Shown here: piece by piece, positions 10,890-19,819 of the stretch
Position numbering within the stretch: the stretch's first letter is position 1
Layout of the letters: every line of letters begins with the position of its first letter
DNA from: Minisyncoccota bacterium
GTDB taxonomy: Bacteria > Patescibacteriota > Minisyncoccia > Phycocordibacterales > JBAZVT01
NCBI GenBank assembly: GCA_041660745.1
Contig: JBAZVT010000002.1
Location: 15,210 to 79,209 of the forward strand
Direction: 5' to 3'
Length of the DNA: 64,000 nucleotides
Position numbers and translations under genes: made by a program
Notes under the pieces: model-generated
Told to the model about the DNA's origin: nothing
Seen by the model: the letters and a program-made list of their open reading frames with translations, nothing else
Databases searched by the model: none

Positions 10890-12317
10890 ATGATTGATAT
10901 AAAAAATCTGACAATTAAGAAGGCACATGAATCACTATTGAAGGGTGATTTTACCGTACGAGAACTTACAGAAACGTATCTTGCAGAAATACAGAAAAAG
11001 AATCCAGAAATTAATGCATATTTAGAAGTGTATACAGATGCTCTTGAACAAGCTGACGAGGCTGATAAAAGAATAAAGGCGGGGAAGGCAGATATTCTTA
11101 CGGGTATTCCTTTTGCAATAAAAGATAACCTTTTGATTAAGGGTAGAATTGCAAGTGCTTCGTCAAAGATGCTGGAGAAATATTGTGCAACATATACAGC
11201 TACTGCTGTACAGAGATTAGTTGAACAAGGTGCGGTTTTGCTTGGCCGAGCAAACATGGACGAATTTGCTATGGGTGGTTCCACAGAAAATTCTGCATAT
11301 GGTGTTACAAAAAATCCTCACGATATGAGCCGTGTTTCTGGGGGATCTTCGGGTGGTTCAGCGGCTGCGGTAGCTATGGATGGAGCTCTTGCTGCGCTCG
11401 GTACCGATACTGGCGGTTCTATTCGTCAGCCTTCAAGTTTTTGTGGAACAGTGGGTCTCAAACCGACATACGGATCTGTTTCTCGATACGGAGCTATTGC
11501 CATGGGTTCTTCTCTTGATCAGATTGGTCCAATAACAAAGACTGTTGAAGACGCAGAAATTATTTTTAATGTAATTAAGGGTGCAGATGGTTTTGACAGC
11601 ACTACAATTTCAGATACTACTTTTGCAAAAGAACCATATAAAGGAAAAAAGCCTGTTATTGGTATACCGACTGCGTTTTTGAATCAGGGTGGTATTGATG
11701 AGGCTGTCCTTGCAAACTTCAATGAGTCTGTAGAGAAATTCAAGAATCTTGGGTTTGAGGTCAAAGAAATTTCTTTGCCAAACATTGGATATTCTCTTGC
11801 AGTGTATTACGTGCTTATGCCTGCAGAAGTATCTGCAAACATGGCTCGTTTTGATGGTGTGAAATATGGCTTGCATAAAGATGGTGTAAACATGGTTGAT
11901 GATTACTTTGTTTCTCGCCGTGAAGGATTGGGTAGAGAAGTTCGTCGCCGTATCATGCTCGGCACGTACGTGCTTTCCACAGGTTACTACGATGCCTATT
12001 ACAACAAGGCAAACATCGTGCGTAATTTATTGCGAGAAGATTTCAAGAAAGCGTTTGAGACAGTGGATGTTATTTTAACACCTACAGCCCCGACACCAGC
12101 GTTTAAGATTGGCTCTAAGACAGAGGATCCTATTCAGATGTATCTTGAAGATATTTTTACGGTTACCGCAAACCTTGTCGGTGTTCCAGCACTCGCTGTG
12201 CCTTCAGGATTTGTGGAGCGAGAAGGAAAACAATTACCGCTTGGTATTCAGATTACAGCTGCTCATGGTAGGGAGGATACATTGTTTATGGTTGGAAAAG
12301 AATTTCGTAGTGAATAG
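10890..12317 (+). CDS. gatA: Asp/Glu-tRNA amidotransferase subunit A
   Basis: Amidase signature GGSSGGSAAAVA, GTDTGGSIRQP, RFDGVKYG, EVRRRIMLGT. Confidence 0.97.
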   Translation: MIDIKNLTIKKAHESLLKGDFTVRELTETYLAEIQKKNPEINAYLEVYTDALEQADEADKRIKAGKADILTGIPFAIKDNLLIKGRIASASSKMLEKYCATYTATAVQRLVEQGAVLLGRANMDEFAMGGSTENSAYGVTKNPHDMSRVSGGSSGGSAAAVAMDGALAALGTDTGGSIRQPSSFCGTVGLKPTYGSVSRYGAIAMGSSLDQIGPITKTVEDAEIIFNVIKGADGFDSTTISDTTFAKEPYKGKKPVIGIPTAFLNQGGIDEAVLANFNESVEKFKNLGFEVKEISLPNIGYSLAVYYVLMPAEVSANMARFDGVKYGLHKDGVNMVDDYFVSRREGLGREVRRRIMLGTYVLSTGYYDAYYNKANIVRNLLREDFKKAFETVDVILTPTAPTPAFKIGSKTEDPIQMYLEDIFTVTANLVGVPALAVPSGFVEREGKQLPLGIQITAAHGREDTLFMVGKEFRSE

Positions 12318-12379
12318 GAATCTATTTTTTGTGAGGGGTGTGGACAGTCACGATAAGAAAAAGTGATATAATAAAAAGC

Positions 12380-13105
12380 ATGGCTGATGATAAAAAACCA
12401 AAGGGGGGTGATAAGGGAAAGAAGCCAGCTGAAGCTGTTGCGCCAACTGGTTTTGGAGGTACTTCATTAACTCTTGAGGAGGCGATTTTGTTCGCTATTG
12501 TTATTGTTGTAATTTTTGTTGCAGTTGGTGGAACAATGTTTTTCAAAAGCTTTTCGATTTCTCCGCATTTTTTCTCAAACCTTTTTTATGGATTTTTGAA
12601 TTATTCTGTCGCATTCGGGCTAAGTGTCTTAGATTGGTTTAGCATTGTTTCTTTTGGACTTACATTTTCACTCTCAGTATTGATAGCTATTGTTTTCTTT
12701 AAAACTGATAAAATCGGACATGCTGAACATGAAAAATATTATCCTACCGACTCGAATAATTCTTTGATTGAAATGACTTCCAAGACCGTTAAAAATCAAA
12801 AATGGGAAAATATACTTTTGCATGTTTCTTCTGACAAACAGAATGACTGGAAGATTGCAATTCTTGAAGCTGATATTATGCTTGGTGATATGTTGGAGCG
12901 TATGGGGTACCGCGGAGAGGGTATTGGTGACATGTTGAAGTCTATTGAAAAAAGTGATTTCACTACTTTGGATAGCGCGTGGGAGGCCCACAAGATTCGA
13001 AATATGATTGCTCACGAAGGACAGGATTTCATTCTCACAGAACGAGAGGCACGCAGAGTTATTGAATTATATAAGGCCGTCTTTAATGAGTTTAAGTTAA
13101 TTTAG
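12380..13105 (+). CDS. Membrane protein with C-terminal HEPN-like (RxxxxH) domain
   Basis: Two to three TM segments, then AILEAD...AWEAHKIRNMIAHE. Start moved to ATG 12380. Confidence 0.7.
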   Translation: MADDKKPKGGDKGKKPAEAVAPTGFGGTSLTLEEAILFAIVIVVIFVAVGGTMFFKSFSISPHFFSNLFYGFLNYSVAFGLSVLDWFSIVSFGLTFSLSVLIAIVFFKTDKIGHAEHEKYYPTDSNNSLIEMTSKTVKNQKWENILLHVSSDKQNDWKIAILEADIMLGDMLERMGYRGEGIGDMLKSIEKSDFTTLDSAWEAHKIRNMIAHEGQDFILTEREARRVIELYKAVFNEFKLI

Positions 13106-13193
13106 AATTCCTGGATAATTTTAAGTGAAAGTAGTATGAGGCCGACCCCTTGCGGTTTTTTGTATTATTTTGTATAATAGTTCGACTGTTAAT

Positions 13194-13264
13194 CGCGGAG
13201 TAGAGAAGTAGTATCTCGGGAGGCTCATAACCTCCAGGCCTTGGTGCAATTCCAAGCTCCGCAA
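13194..13264 (+). tRNA. tRNA-Met(CAT), initiator-like
   Basis: Cloverleaf; anticodon loop CTCATAA; C1:A72 mismatch and A11-U24 pair; atypical T-loop TGCAATT. Confidence 0.85.
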
Positions 13265-13473
13265 CACATAACAAAAGAATCCCGAACTGGGGTTCTTTTG
13301 TTATGTGTTGCGGAGAGAATACAAATAGTTTTGTATTCGTCAGGAATTGCAGGCCGGAGATATGTCGTGAGTCTTCGAGACGACATCGAGGCGGGGTTGA
13401 GAGTACTTTGGCTTTTGAAGGCTTTTGCGACAAAAGACTTAGTAACTCGTGACCAATTCCAAGCTCCGCAACA
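13265..13473 (+). repeat. tRNA-3'-associated element (Met): antisense plus direct duplicate of the tRNA 3' end
   Basis: CAATTCCAAGCTCCGCAACA at 13247 and 13454; antisense TGTTGCGGAG [hairpin] GGAATTGCA at 13306-13351. Confidence 0.85.
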
Positions 13474-13512
13474 ATAAAGAAAAACACCTTCGTTCCGAAG
13501 GTGTTTTTCTTT

Positions 13513-13684
13513 ATGCGCGGCTGAGCGGGTTAAGACTTGAATCTTACAGATTCAGTACAGGTTTCCCAAAATTAAAAATAAGAATTTTTGATTTTATGGG
13601 AGAACCTCTTCAAGTCCGCTACGGAAGCAAAGCAGTTTGCTTCCTCAGCCGCAAAAAAACAGCCCTAAAGCTGTTTTTTCAATG
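13513..13684 (-). repeat. tRNA-3'-associated element (Asp)
   Basis: ATGCGCGGCTGAGCGG at 13513 and 13682; internal antisense copy split by a GCAAACTGCTTTGC hairpin (minus strand). Confidence 0.85.
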
Positions 13685-13758
13685 CGCGGCTGAGCGGACT
13701 TGAACCGCCGACCCCTCGCGTGACAGGCGAGTGCTCTAACCAGCTGAGCTACAACCGC
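13685..13758 (-). tRNA. tRNA-Asp(GTC)
   Basis: Reverse-complement cloverleaf GCGGTTG...CTCGC-CTGTCAC-GCGAG...GGTTCAAGTCC...CAGCCGC-G73. Confidence 0.93.
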
Positions 13759-13819
13759 ATAGGTTAACCATAAGAGGATATCAGATTAAACGTTTTTATT
13801 CAACCCTGAAGATCTCTTG

Positions 13820-13893
13820 TGTCGGCGGATGGGATCGAACCATCTACCTTGGGCTTATGAGTCCCACGCTCTAACCAATTGAGCTACGCCGAC
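13820..13893 (-). tRNA. tRNA with CAT anticodon (elongator Met or Ile2)
   Basis: GTCGGCG...CTCATAA...GGTTCGATCCC...CGCCGAC-A; paired G1-C72. Met versus lysidine-Ile cannot be resolved by eye. Confidence 0.88.
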
Positions 13894-14007
13894 ATTCTCT
13901 TATATTATCCACAAAAAACGACTTTTCGCAATATGGGGTTTGAAAATTTGATTGAAAAAACTGAGTATCTATAGTATGCTCTTCGTATACATTTTTTAAT
14001 TGTATAA

Positions 14008-14080
14008 GCCGTTGTAGCTCAGTCGGTAGAGCACGTCATTGGTAATGACGAGGTCACCAGTTCAATCCTGGTCAACGGCT
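14008..14080 (+). tRNA. tRNA-Thr(GGT)
   Basis: GCCGTTG...CGTCA-TTGGTAA-TGACG...AGTTCAATCCT...CAACGGC-T. Confidence 0.93.
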
Positions 14081-14244
14081 CAAGCGCAAAGCGATTGGGC
14101 TGTTGAAGCACGCAAACTGCTTTGCGTGCGCCCAGGATTGAACGGCGGAACTATATTTTTCAGTAGAAAAATAAGTGAGCTGGTGCCTAGGCAAAACTTT
14201 TTGACGAAAAAGTTTTAGTCGCGGGCAATCCCGCTCAACGGCTC
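14081..14244 (+). repeat. tRNA-3'-associated element (Thr-GGT)
   Basis: Antisense GGGCTGTTGA [GCACGCAAACTGCTTTGCGTGC] CCAGGATTGAAC; degenerate direct copy CAATCCCGCTCAACGGCTC at 14226. Confidence 0.85.
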
Positions 14245-14261
14245 TATTTTAAAAAACGCAA

Positions 14262-14334
14262 GCCACCTTAGCTCAGTTGGTAGAGCACTACTTTCGTAAA
14301 GTAGGGGTCCGCAGTTCGATCCTGCGAGGTGGCT
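14262..14334 (+). tRNA. tRNA-Thr(CGT)
   Basis: GCCACCT...CTACT-TTCGTAA-AGTAG...AGTTCGATCCT...AGGTGGC-T. Confidence 0.92.
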
Positions 14335-14478
14335 CTGAATCCGTGAAGAGACAACACAGTAAGCAAACTGCTTTGCTTACGGCAGGATCGAAAGGGTTTT
14401 CCTTATCGAGTCTTTGAGATGGAAAACCACCTGGCTACGTGGTAGTCGATCCTGCGAGGTGGCTCCGAATCTGTGAAG
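14335..14478 (+). repeat. tRNA-3'-associated element (Thr-CGT)
   Basis: TCGATCCTGCGAGGTGGCTC at 14316 and 14446; GTAAGCAAACTGCTTTGCTTAC hairpin followed by antisense GCAGGATCGAA. Confidence 0.85.
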
Positions 14479-14518
14479 GGGAATAGATTAAGCTTTATTT
14501 TTGAAGCTATTTTTCCTC

Positions 14519-14558
14519 TTGACTTTTTATAACCTATAACCTAGGATATAGGTTATAT
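14519..14558 (+). promoter_or_regulatory. Sigma70 promoter with overlapping palindrome (probable CsoR operator)
   Basis: TTGACT-17bp-TAGGAT; ATAACCTATA-N8-TATAGGTTAT overlaps the -10, immediately upstream of csoR. Confidence 0.65.
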
Positions 14559-14586
14559 TACTTTTAACAAATTCACGAAAAACACT

Positions 14587-14859
14587 ATGCAAGAGCATAT
14601 ACTTACAACCAACAAACAAAAAGCTCAGAAATTGAGTAGGCAGGCGGCAGGCATTATGAAGAAGGTTTTGGATATGGTAGATCAGGACTCCTATTGCCCA
14701 GAAGTTATTCAACAGGTGGATGCCGTCGTCGGTTTGCTTACAAGTGCGAAGAAAGAATTGCTTAAAGGGCACCTCGGACATTGCTTGGAGCACAGAATGC
14801 ATGAGAATAAAAAACAGACTGTAGACGAGCTTTTGAAGATTTATAATCTTTCACGCTAA
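14587..14859 (+). CDS. csoR: CsoR/RcnR-family metal-sensing repressor
   Basis: YCPEVIQQVDAV...LLKGHLGHC (Cys-His-Cys ligands); first gene of the Cu operon. Confidence 0.85.
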   Translation: MQEHILTTNKQKAQKLSRQAAGIMKKVLDMVDQDSYCPEVIQQVDAVVGLLTSAKKELLKGHLGHCLEHRMHENKKQTVDELLKIYNLSR

Positions 14860-14871
14860 ATTAAAATTAAT

Positions 14872-17172
14872 ATGGCAGTTTTCAAAATAAAAGGTATACA
14901 TTGCGCAAGCTGTGCGGCGATCATTAGTAAAAGCATTACAAAGCTCGGTGGGATAAAGAGTGTTGATGTTAATTTTGCAACTGAAAAAGCTAAAATTGAT
15001 TTTGACCAAGATCTAGTATCTTTGGATGACATGAATAATGCAATCGATAAACTCGGATATACTCTCTACCAAGATGTGCATGCAGGTAATGGTGGTCATG
15101 TTATGTCTAATGGCGATCGCATGTCTGGAATGGATCATTCTGAGCACTCGGGTATTGGTGTTTCAAAAGATGATAAGTTAAAAGAACTTCACGTACACAA
15201 AGTGAAAATCAGATTTGCGTTACCAGTATCGCTGGTGGTGTTTGCGATTATGATGTGGGATATTGTTTCTCGAACGTTTACGGGTATTCCTAAAATACCG
15301 GTATCAATGGAAATTTTTAATACTGTCTTTATGATTGTAGCTACGGTGGTTATGTTCTGGATTGGAAAACCGTTTCTTGAGGGCGTGATTAGATTCATAA
15401 AATACCGTGTCGCGAATATGGATACGCTTATTGGTATTGGTACTCTCGTCGCATATCTCTACAGTGTTTTTGTGACGCTGTTTCCCGTTGCCCGTGAGGC
15501 GCTTGGACTTCCGGAGTTCACGTATTTTGATGTAACAATTGTTGTTATAGGCTTTGTTGCTTTTGGAAAATATCTTGAAGCGCGATCAAAACTTAAGACT
15601 GGAGAAGCAATTGAAAAATTGTTGGGATTGCAGGCAAAAATAGCTCTTGTGGTGCGGGATGGAAAAGAAATAGAAATACCCGTAAGTGATGTTGTCATTG
15701 GCGATATTATAATCGTTAAGCCTGGGACAAAAATTCCTGTTGATGGAGAAATAATAGAAGGTGCGTCTAGTATAGATGAATCCATGGTTACAGGTGAGTC
15801 AATTCCTTCTGATAAGAAAGTGGGAGATCTAGTTGTAGGTTCGACCATTAACAAGCAGGGGCATTTTAAATTCAAAGCGACGCGTGTTGGTTCTGATACG
15901 CTTCTTGCTCAGATTGTAAAAATGGTTGAAGAAGCACAGGGGTCCAAAGCGCCCATTCAAGAATTGGCCGACAAAATTTCAGGAATTTTTACTCCTATTG
16001 TTCTTGGCATTGCAATTCTCACGCTGGTATTGTGGCTCACTGTTGGTACAGCGGCATTAGGTTTCACCGCAGCGTTATCGTATGGAATATTGTGTTTTGT
16101 TGGAATCTTAGTTATTGCATGTCCATGTGCTCTTGGACTCGCAACACCAACTGCAATTATTGTCGGTGTTGGTAAGGGTGCTGAAAATGGGATCTTGGTT
16201 AAAGATGCAGAAAGTTTACAGAAATTAAGTACAGTGGATACAGTTGTGATGGATAAGACCGGCACGATCACAAAAGGAAAACCAGAAGTTACTAATATTG
16301 TCGTTATTGATAAAACTCTCACGGAAACAGACGTGTTAAGATTTGCAGGAAGCATAGAGAAAATGTCAGAACACCCTCTTGCCCAAGCTATCGTTGATAG
16401 TGCACAAAGTAAAAATATTACTTTTGTTGACATAGAAGGTTTTACAGCTCTAGAAGGGGTGGGGGTTAAGGGTATGGTTGCGGGTCAGATATTGTCGGTA
16501 TGTAAACCTTCGAGCGGTGACACAAAATATACTGAGGTTAAGGAATTGCAGGGGCAGGGAAAAACTGTGGTCATTGTTGAAATGGGCGGTAAGAATATAG
16601 GCCTGATTGCTCTTAGTGACACACTGAAAAATGAGGCAAAACAGGCCATAGAGGCACTCCATAAGAAAGGGGTGCGCGTTGTTATGCTTACAGGTGACAA
16701 TACCCTTGCTGCGCATTATATAGCTAATCAAGCGGGTATAGACGAAGTAATAGCTGAAGTATTGCCTCAGGAAAAGGCTCTTAAAATAAAGGAATTGCAG
16801 GCGCAGGGAAGAGTGGTTGCTATGGCGGGAGATGGGGTCAACGATGCACCCGCCCTTGTTCAGGCTGATGTGGGAATTGCTATGGCGACAGGTGCGGATA
16901 TTGCGATTGAGTCTGCGGGAATTACACTTCTTCATGGTGATATAGGAAAATTAGTGAAGGCGATTGTGTTGTCGAAATCAACAATGCGTACTGTTAAACA
17001 AAATTTGTTTTGGGCATTTATTTATAATGTAATTGGAATACCGATTGCAGCAGGTCTCTTGTTCCCATTTTTCGGCATTGTATTAAATCCAGTGTTTGCC
17101 GGAGCGGCAATGGCATTCTCGAGTGTTTCGGTGGTAACAAACTCCCTTAGACTTAAGCTCAGATCTTTATAA
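14872..17172 (+). CDS. copA: Cu(+)-translocating P1B-type ATPase
   Basis: [43 protein letters not shown] and MAFSS Cu motifs; His/Met-rich linker. Confidence 0.95.
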   Translation: MAVFKIKGIHCASCAAIISKSITKLGGIKSVDVNFATEKAKIDFDQDLVSLDDMNNAIDKLGYTLYQDVHAGNGGHVMSNGDRMSGMDHSEHSGIGVSKDDKLKELHVHKVKIRFALPVSLVVFAIMMWDIVSRTFTGIPKIPVSMEIFNTVFMIVATVVMFWIGKPFLEGVIRFIKYRVANMDTLIGIGTLVAYLYSVFVTLFPVAREALGLPEFTYFDVTIVVIGFVAFGKYLEARSKLKTGEAIEKLLGLQAKIALVVRDGKEIEIPVSDVVIGDIIIVKPGTKIPVDGEIIEGASSIDESMVTGESIPSDKKVGDLVVGSTINKQGHFKFKATRVGSDTLLAQIVKMVEEAQGSKAPIQELADKISGIFTPIVLGIAILTLVLWLTVGTAALGFTAALSYGILCFVGILVIACPCALGLATPTAIIVGVGKGAENGILVKDAESLQKLSTVDTVVMDKTGTITKGKPEVTNIVVIDKTLTETDVLRFAGSIEKMSEHPLAQAIVDSAQSKNITFVDIEGFTALEGVGVKGMVAGQILSVCKPSSGDTKYTEVKELQGQGKTVVIVEMGGKNIGLIALSDTLKNEAKQAIEALHKKGVRVVMLTGDNTLAAHYIANQAGIDEVIAEVLPQEKALKIKELQAQGRVVAMAGDGVNDAPALVQADVGIAMATGADIAIESAGITLLHGDIGKLVKAIVLSKSTMRTVKQNLFWAFIYNVIGIPIAAGLLFPFFGIVLNPVFAGAAMAFSSVSVVTNSLRLKLRSL

Positions 17173-17344
17173 TAATCTAAACGTTAAATATGAATCAAAA
17201 AGTAACTTGTCTGTACAAACTTCAAAATTTCGGCTGCAAACTACTCATCGCTCGTCAAGAGAGTTGTCTATCTTTCCTTACGCTTTGCAGTTTTCGCTCG
17301 AAATTTTTAAGTTTGTTTCAGACATTAGATTATTATAAAGCTCT
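17161..17344. repeat. MITE/REP-like palindromic element, copy 1
   Basis: 19/20 terminal inverted repeat overlapping the copA stop; internal motifs shared with 62692-62875. Confidence 0.75.
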
Positions 17345-17359
17345 TTAAAATTATAATTT

Positions 17360-18382
17360 ATGAAAACATACACATTTCATGTTCATGGTATGCACTGCGC
17401 TTCTTGTACGGTCCTTATCGAAGGAGAGTTGAAGAAGCATTCTTCGGTGCGAGATGTAAATGCGAGTCTCTCTGGGAAAACAGTAACAATTAATGGCAAT
17501 TTTGATATAACCGAACCCCAGGCACTTGTCGCTGCTCTTGGAGAAGTTATTAAACCTTTCGGGTATACACTGTCTCTTGAGCGGGAAGAAAAAAAGAAAA
17601 TCCTGTGGAAAGAATTTTACATTGCAGTTCCGATTGCACTCGCATTCATTACTCTCTTCATTGTTTTGCAAAAGACAGGAATAGTTGATATTAATCCATC
17701 ACAAATGGGGTTAGGAGCAGTGTTTGCTATTGGTTTAGTTGCCTCAGTCTCTTCGTGTATGGCAGTTGTTGGAGGATTGTTACTTTCACTTTCTGCAACA
17801 TTTGCAAAGGAAAGTAGTCGTGTTTCTTCTCATGTTCTTTTTCATGCTGGGAGAATCGTCGGGTTCTTTGCTTTAGGCGGTGTGCTTGGTGCTCTTGGTT
17901 CTGTACTACAAATAAGTTTCTGGGTTCAGGCGATAATTGGAATTGTTATTGGTGTGCTTATGGTAATACTCGGTATTAACTTGATGGAAGTATTCCCTTG
18001 GATGAAAAAATTACAACCAACATTACCAAAAGGTATTTCAAAAAAAATGTTGGGGAGTGCTAATATGATTACAGGGATTGCTCCCGTGTTAGTAGGTATA
18101 GCTACATTTTTCTTGCCTTGTGGGTTCACTCAGTCTATGCAGCTTTATGCGCTTTCAACGGGTAGTTTTTGGTCTGGGGCAATGACGATGTTTGTATTTA
18201 CGCTCGGTACATTACCGGTCCTTGCTCTGATTAGTTTTGGAGCGTTCGCTTTAGGTAAAAAACGTGCGTATTCAGGAGTATTTTTCAAGGCAATTGGTAT
18301 AATAGTAATTTCATTTGCGTTGTTTAATATAGCGAACAGCTTCGCAGTGCTAGGTGTTATTCCTTCACTATTTAGTTTTTAA
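17360..18382 (+). CDS. HMA domain + DsbD_2/TauE-like membrane protein
   Basis: GMHCASC; SSCMAVVGG, FHAGR, FFLPCGFTQ, FTLGTLP motifs. Confidence 0.85.
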   Translation: MKTYTFHVHGMHCASCTVLIEGELKKHSSVRDVNASLSGKTVTINGNFDITEPQALVAALGEVIKPFGYTLSLEREEKKKILWKEFYIAVPIALAFITLFIVLQKTGIVDINPSQMGLGAVFAIGLVASVSSCMAVVGGLLLSLSATFAKESSRVSSHVLFHAGRIVGFFALGGVLGALGSVLQISFWVQAIIGIVIGVLMVILGINLMEVFPWMKKLQPTLPKGISKKMLGSANMITGIAPVLVGIATFFLPCGFTQSMQLYALSTGSFWSGAMTMFVFTLGTLPVLALISFGAFALGKKRAYSGVFFKAIGIIVISFALFNIANSFAVLGVIPSLFSF

Positions 18383-18398
18383 CTTTTAAAAAATTATA

Positions 18399-18827
18399 AT
18401 GAAAACATCAATTATACTATCGGTTCTGTTAGCGGGTGGAATGATATATGGAGCATACTACCTTACGAGCACTGCACCATCAGGCTCTGCTCAAATAATC
18501 AACAATTCTGGTCCTGGTGGAAATATCGATGCTTCAAAGGCTGTCGTTGTGGATGAGAATGGTACTCAGATTATTACTATTACTGCAGGACGAGGGTATT
18601 TCCCACAATCTGTTACAGCAAAGGCGGATCTACCATCGGTAATTAGAATGGTAAGTACAAACTCTTACAGTTGCGCAGCGTTTCTAGTAATTCCTTCTCT
18701 TAAATTCCAGGGAAATTTGTCAGCGTCTGCACCAACTGATATTCCAGTTCCTGCACAGAAAGCGGGGGAAGTCATTCGTGGTACGTGTGCAATGGGAATG
18801 TATAGCTTTGCAATAAAGTTTGAATAG
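18399..18827 (+). CDS. Membrane-anchored cupredoxin-like protein
   Basis: N-terminal TM; GYFP, SCA and TCAMGMY Cu ligands; last gene of the Cu operon. Confidence 0.82.
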   Translation: MKTSIILSVLLAGGMIYGAYYLTSTAPSGSAQIINNSGPGGNIDASKAVVVDENGTQIITITAGRGYFPQSVTAKADLPSVIRMVSTNSYSCAAFLVIPSLKFQGNLSASAPTDIPVPAQKAGEVIRGTCAMGMYSFAIKFE

Positions 18828-19174
18828 TTTCGAAAATAGTTTAAAAAGAAAAGCCTCGGCCGTTGTGGCCGGGGCTTTTTGCAATATTTTATACCGGGTG
18901 ATAGGATGAACCCGGTTCTGCGCGAAGTAGCTTCGCGTAAAGTTCGCTCGAGTTATGCGGGTCCTCGGCAAACACCCACGCGATCTCTTTGGGTGTTTCG
19001 GCGCCAACGTGAGGCTTCGCCGACACTTGCCCGATAAGGACTTGTACCACTGCCGCATCGTATCCATCTCCTAAGGATGGGGACTCGAGCGGCTTTTTTA
19101 TACCCATTTTCCTTTTGTGTTCATGAAGCTTGTTTTGGGCTATAATTAACATATTATAAATTTGTAAACTAACA

Positions 19175-19396
19175 ATGTCTGAAACAATCAAGAACGGCGC
19201 AGCTGCAATTTTTATCACCTCTACGGTGGTTCTTACGTTTGTATCAATTTTGGGTGTGTGGGAAGTGCTTGGTAGTGATGTTATTGGCAAATCACTCGCA
19301 ACAGGAGGGATTGTATTGTTCTCATGTATTGCATCGATAATCGCATCAAGTATCGTGGAACAAAAAGCACAAGAAACCGCTACTAATATTCAATAA
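19175..19396 (+). CDS. Small two-TM hypothetical protein
   Basis: ORF with two hydrophobic helices; paralogous to the next gene (GVWEVLGSDVIGKS versus AIWGAFDRDVVGKS). Confidence 0.7.
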   Translation: MSETIKNGAAAIFITSTVVLTFVSILGVWEVLGSDVIGKSLATGGIVLFSCIASIIASSIVEQKAQETATNIQ

Positions 19397-19401
19397 TATC
19401 T

Positions 19402-19740
19402 ATGAAACCTGAAACATACCATTCTCTCAAAAAATCAGCTGTAATTATTTTTATTGCGTGTATAGTTATATTTGCAATCGTTACTATTGTTGCAATTTGG
19501 GGTGCATTTGATCGTGATGTTGTCGGAAAATCATTCTATTCTCTCCTCGTCATTTCAGCAGGACTTTTCTTTGTTGTGGGTGCGGGGTACGTGCGTATTG
19601 CTCTTGATGTAAAACCGGTCCTTTCTATTGCCGGTAAAACAACTGGTATGCCTACGAGTTTGAAAGTAATTTTGTGGATAGTGGGGATTATATTTCTCGT
19701 GCCAATGTTTTTCCAGATTCTTGGTAGGATGATGTATTAA
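19402..19740 (+). CDS. Small three-TM hypothetical protein
   Basis: Hydrophobic ORF followed by terminator AAAAAATCCCC...GGGGATTTTTT. Confidence 0.72.
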   Translation: MKPETYHSLKKSAVIIFIACIVIFAIVTIVAIWGAFDRDVVGKSFYSLLVISAGLFFVVGAGYVRIALDVKPVLSIAGKTTGMPTSLKVILWIVGIIFLVPMFFQILGRMMY

Positions 19741-19819
19741 TTATTTTATGTGGAAGAAGAAAAAATCCCCCTTATCCGGGGGATTTTTTCTTGACTAAAT
19801 TTTTGATGTAAGTAGACTG

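Noticed and set aside
10593-12317. Missing gatB after gatCA
   Set aside because: Split gat operons are common and gatB may lie outside the window.
13092-13703. ORFs 13092-13487(-), 13241-13477(+) and 13449-13703(+)
   Set aside because: They overlap tRNA genes and their repeat elements; the peptide repeats merely reflect the DNA duplications.
13905-13913. DnaA boxes (also 38471 and near-matches at 4271 and 50889) as oriC
   Set aside because: The boxes are isolated rather than clustered, there is no dnaA/dnaN, and no evident strand-bias switch.
13247-14478. CRISPR array or classical integrated islands (attL/attR)
   Set aside because: Repeats differ per locus, occur only twice and derive from tRNAs. 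There are no cas or integrase genes, and the intervals are only 130-207 bp.
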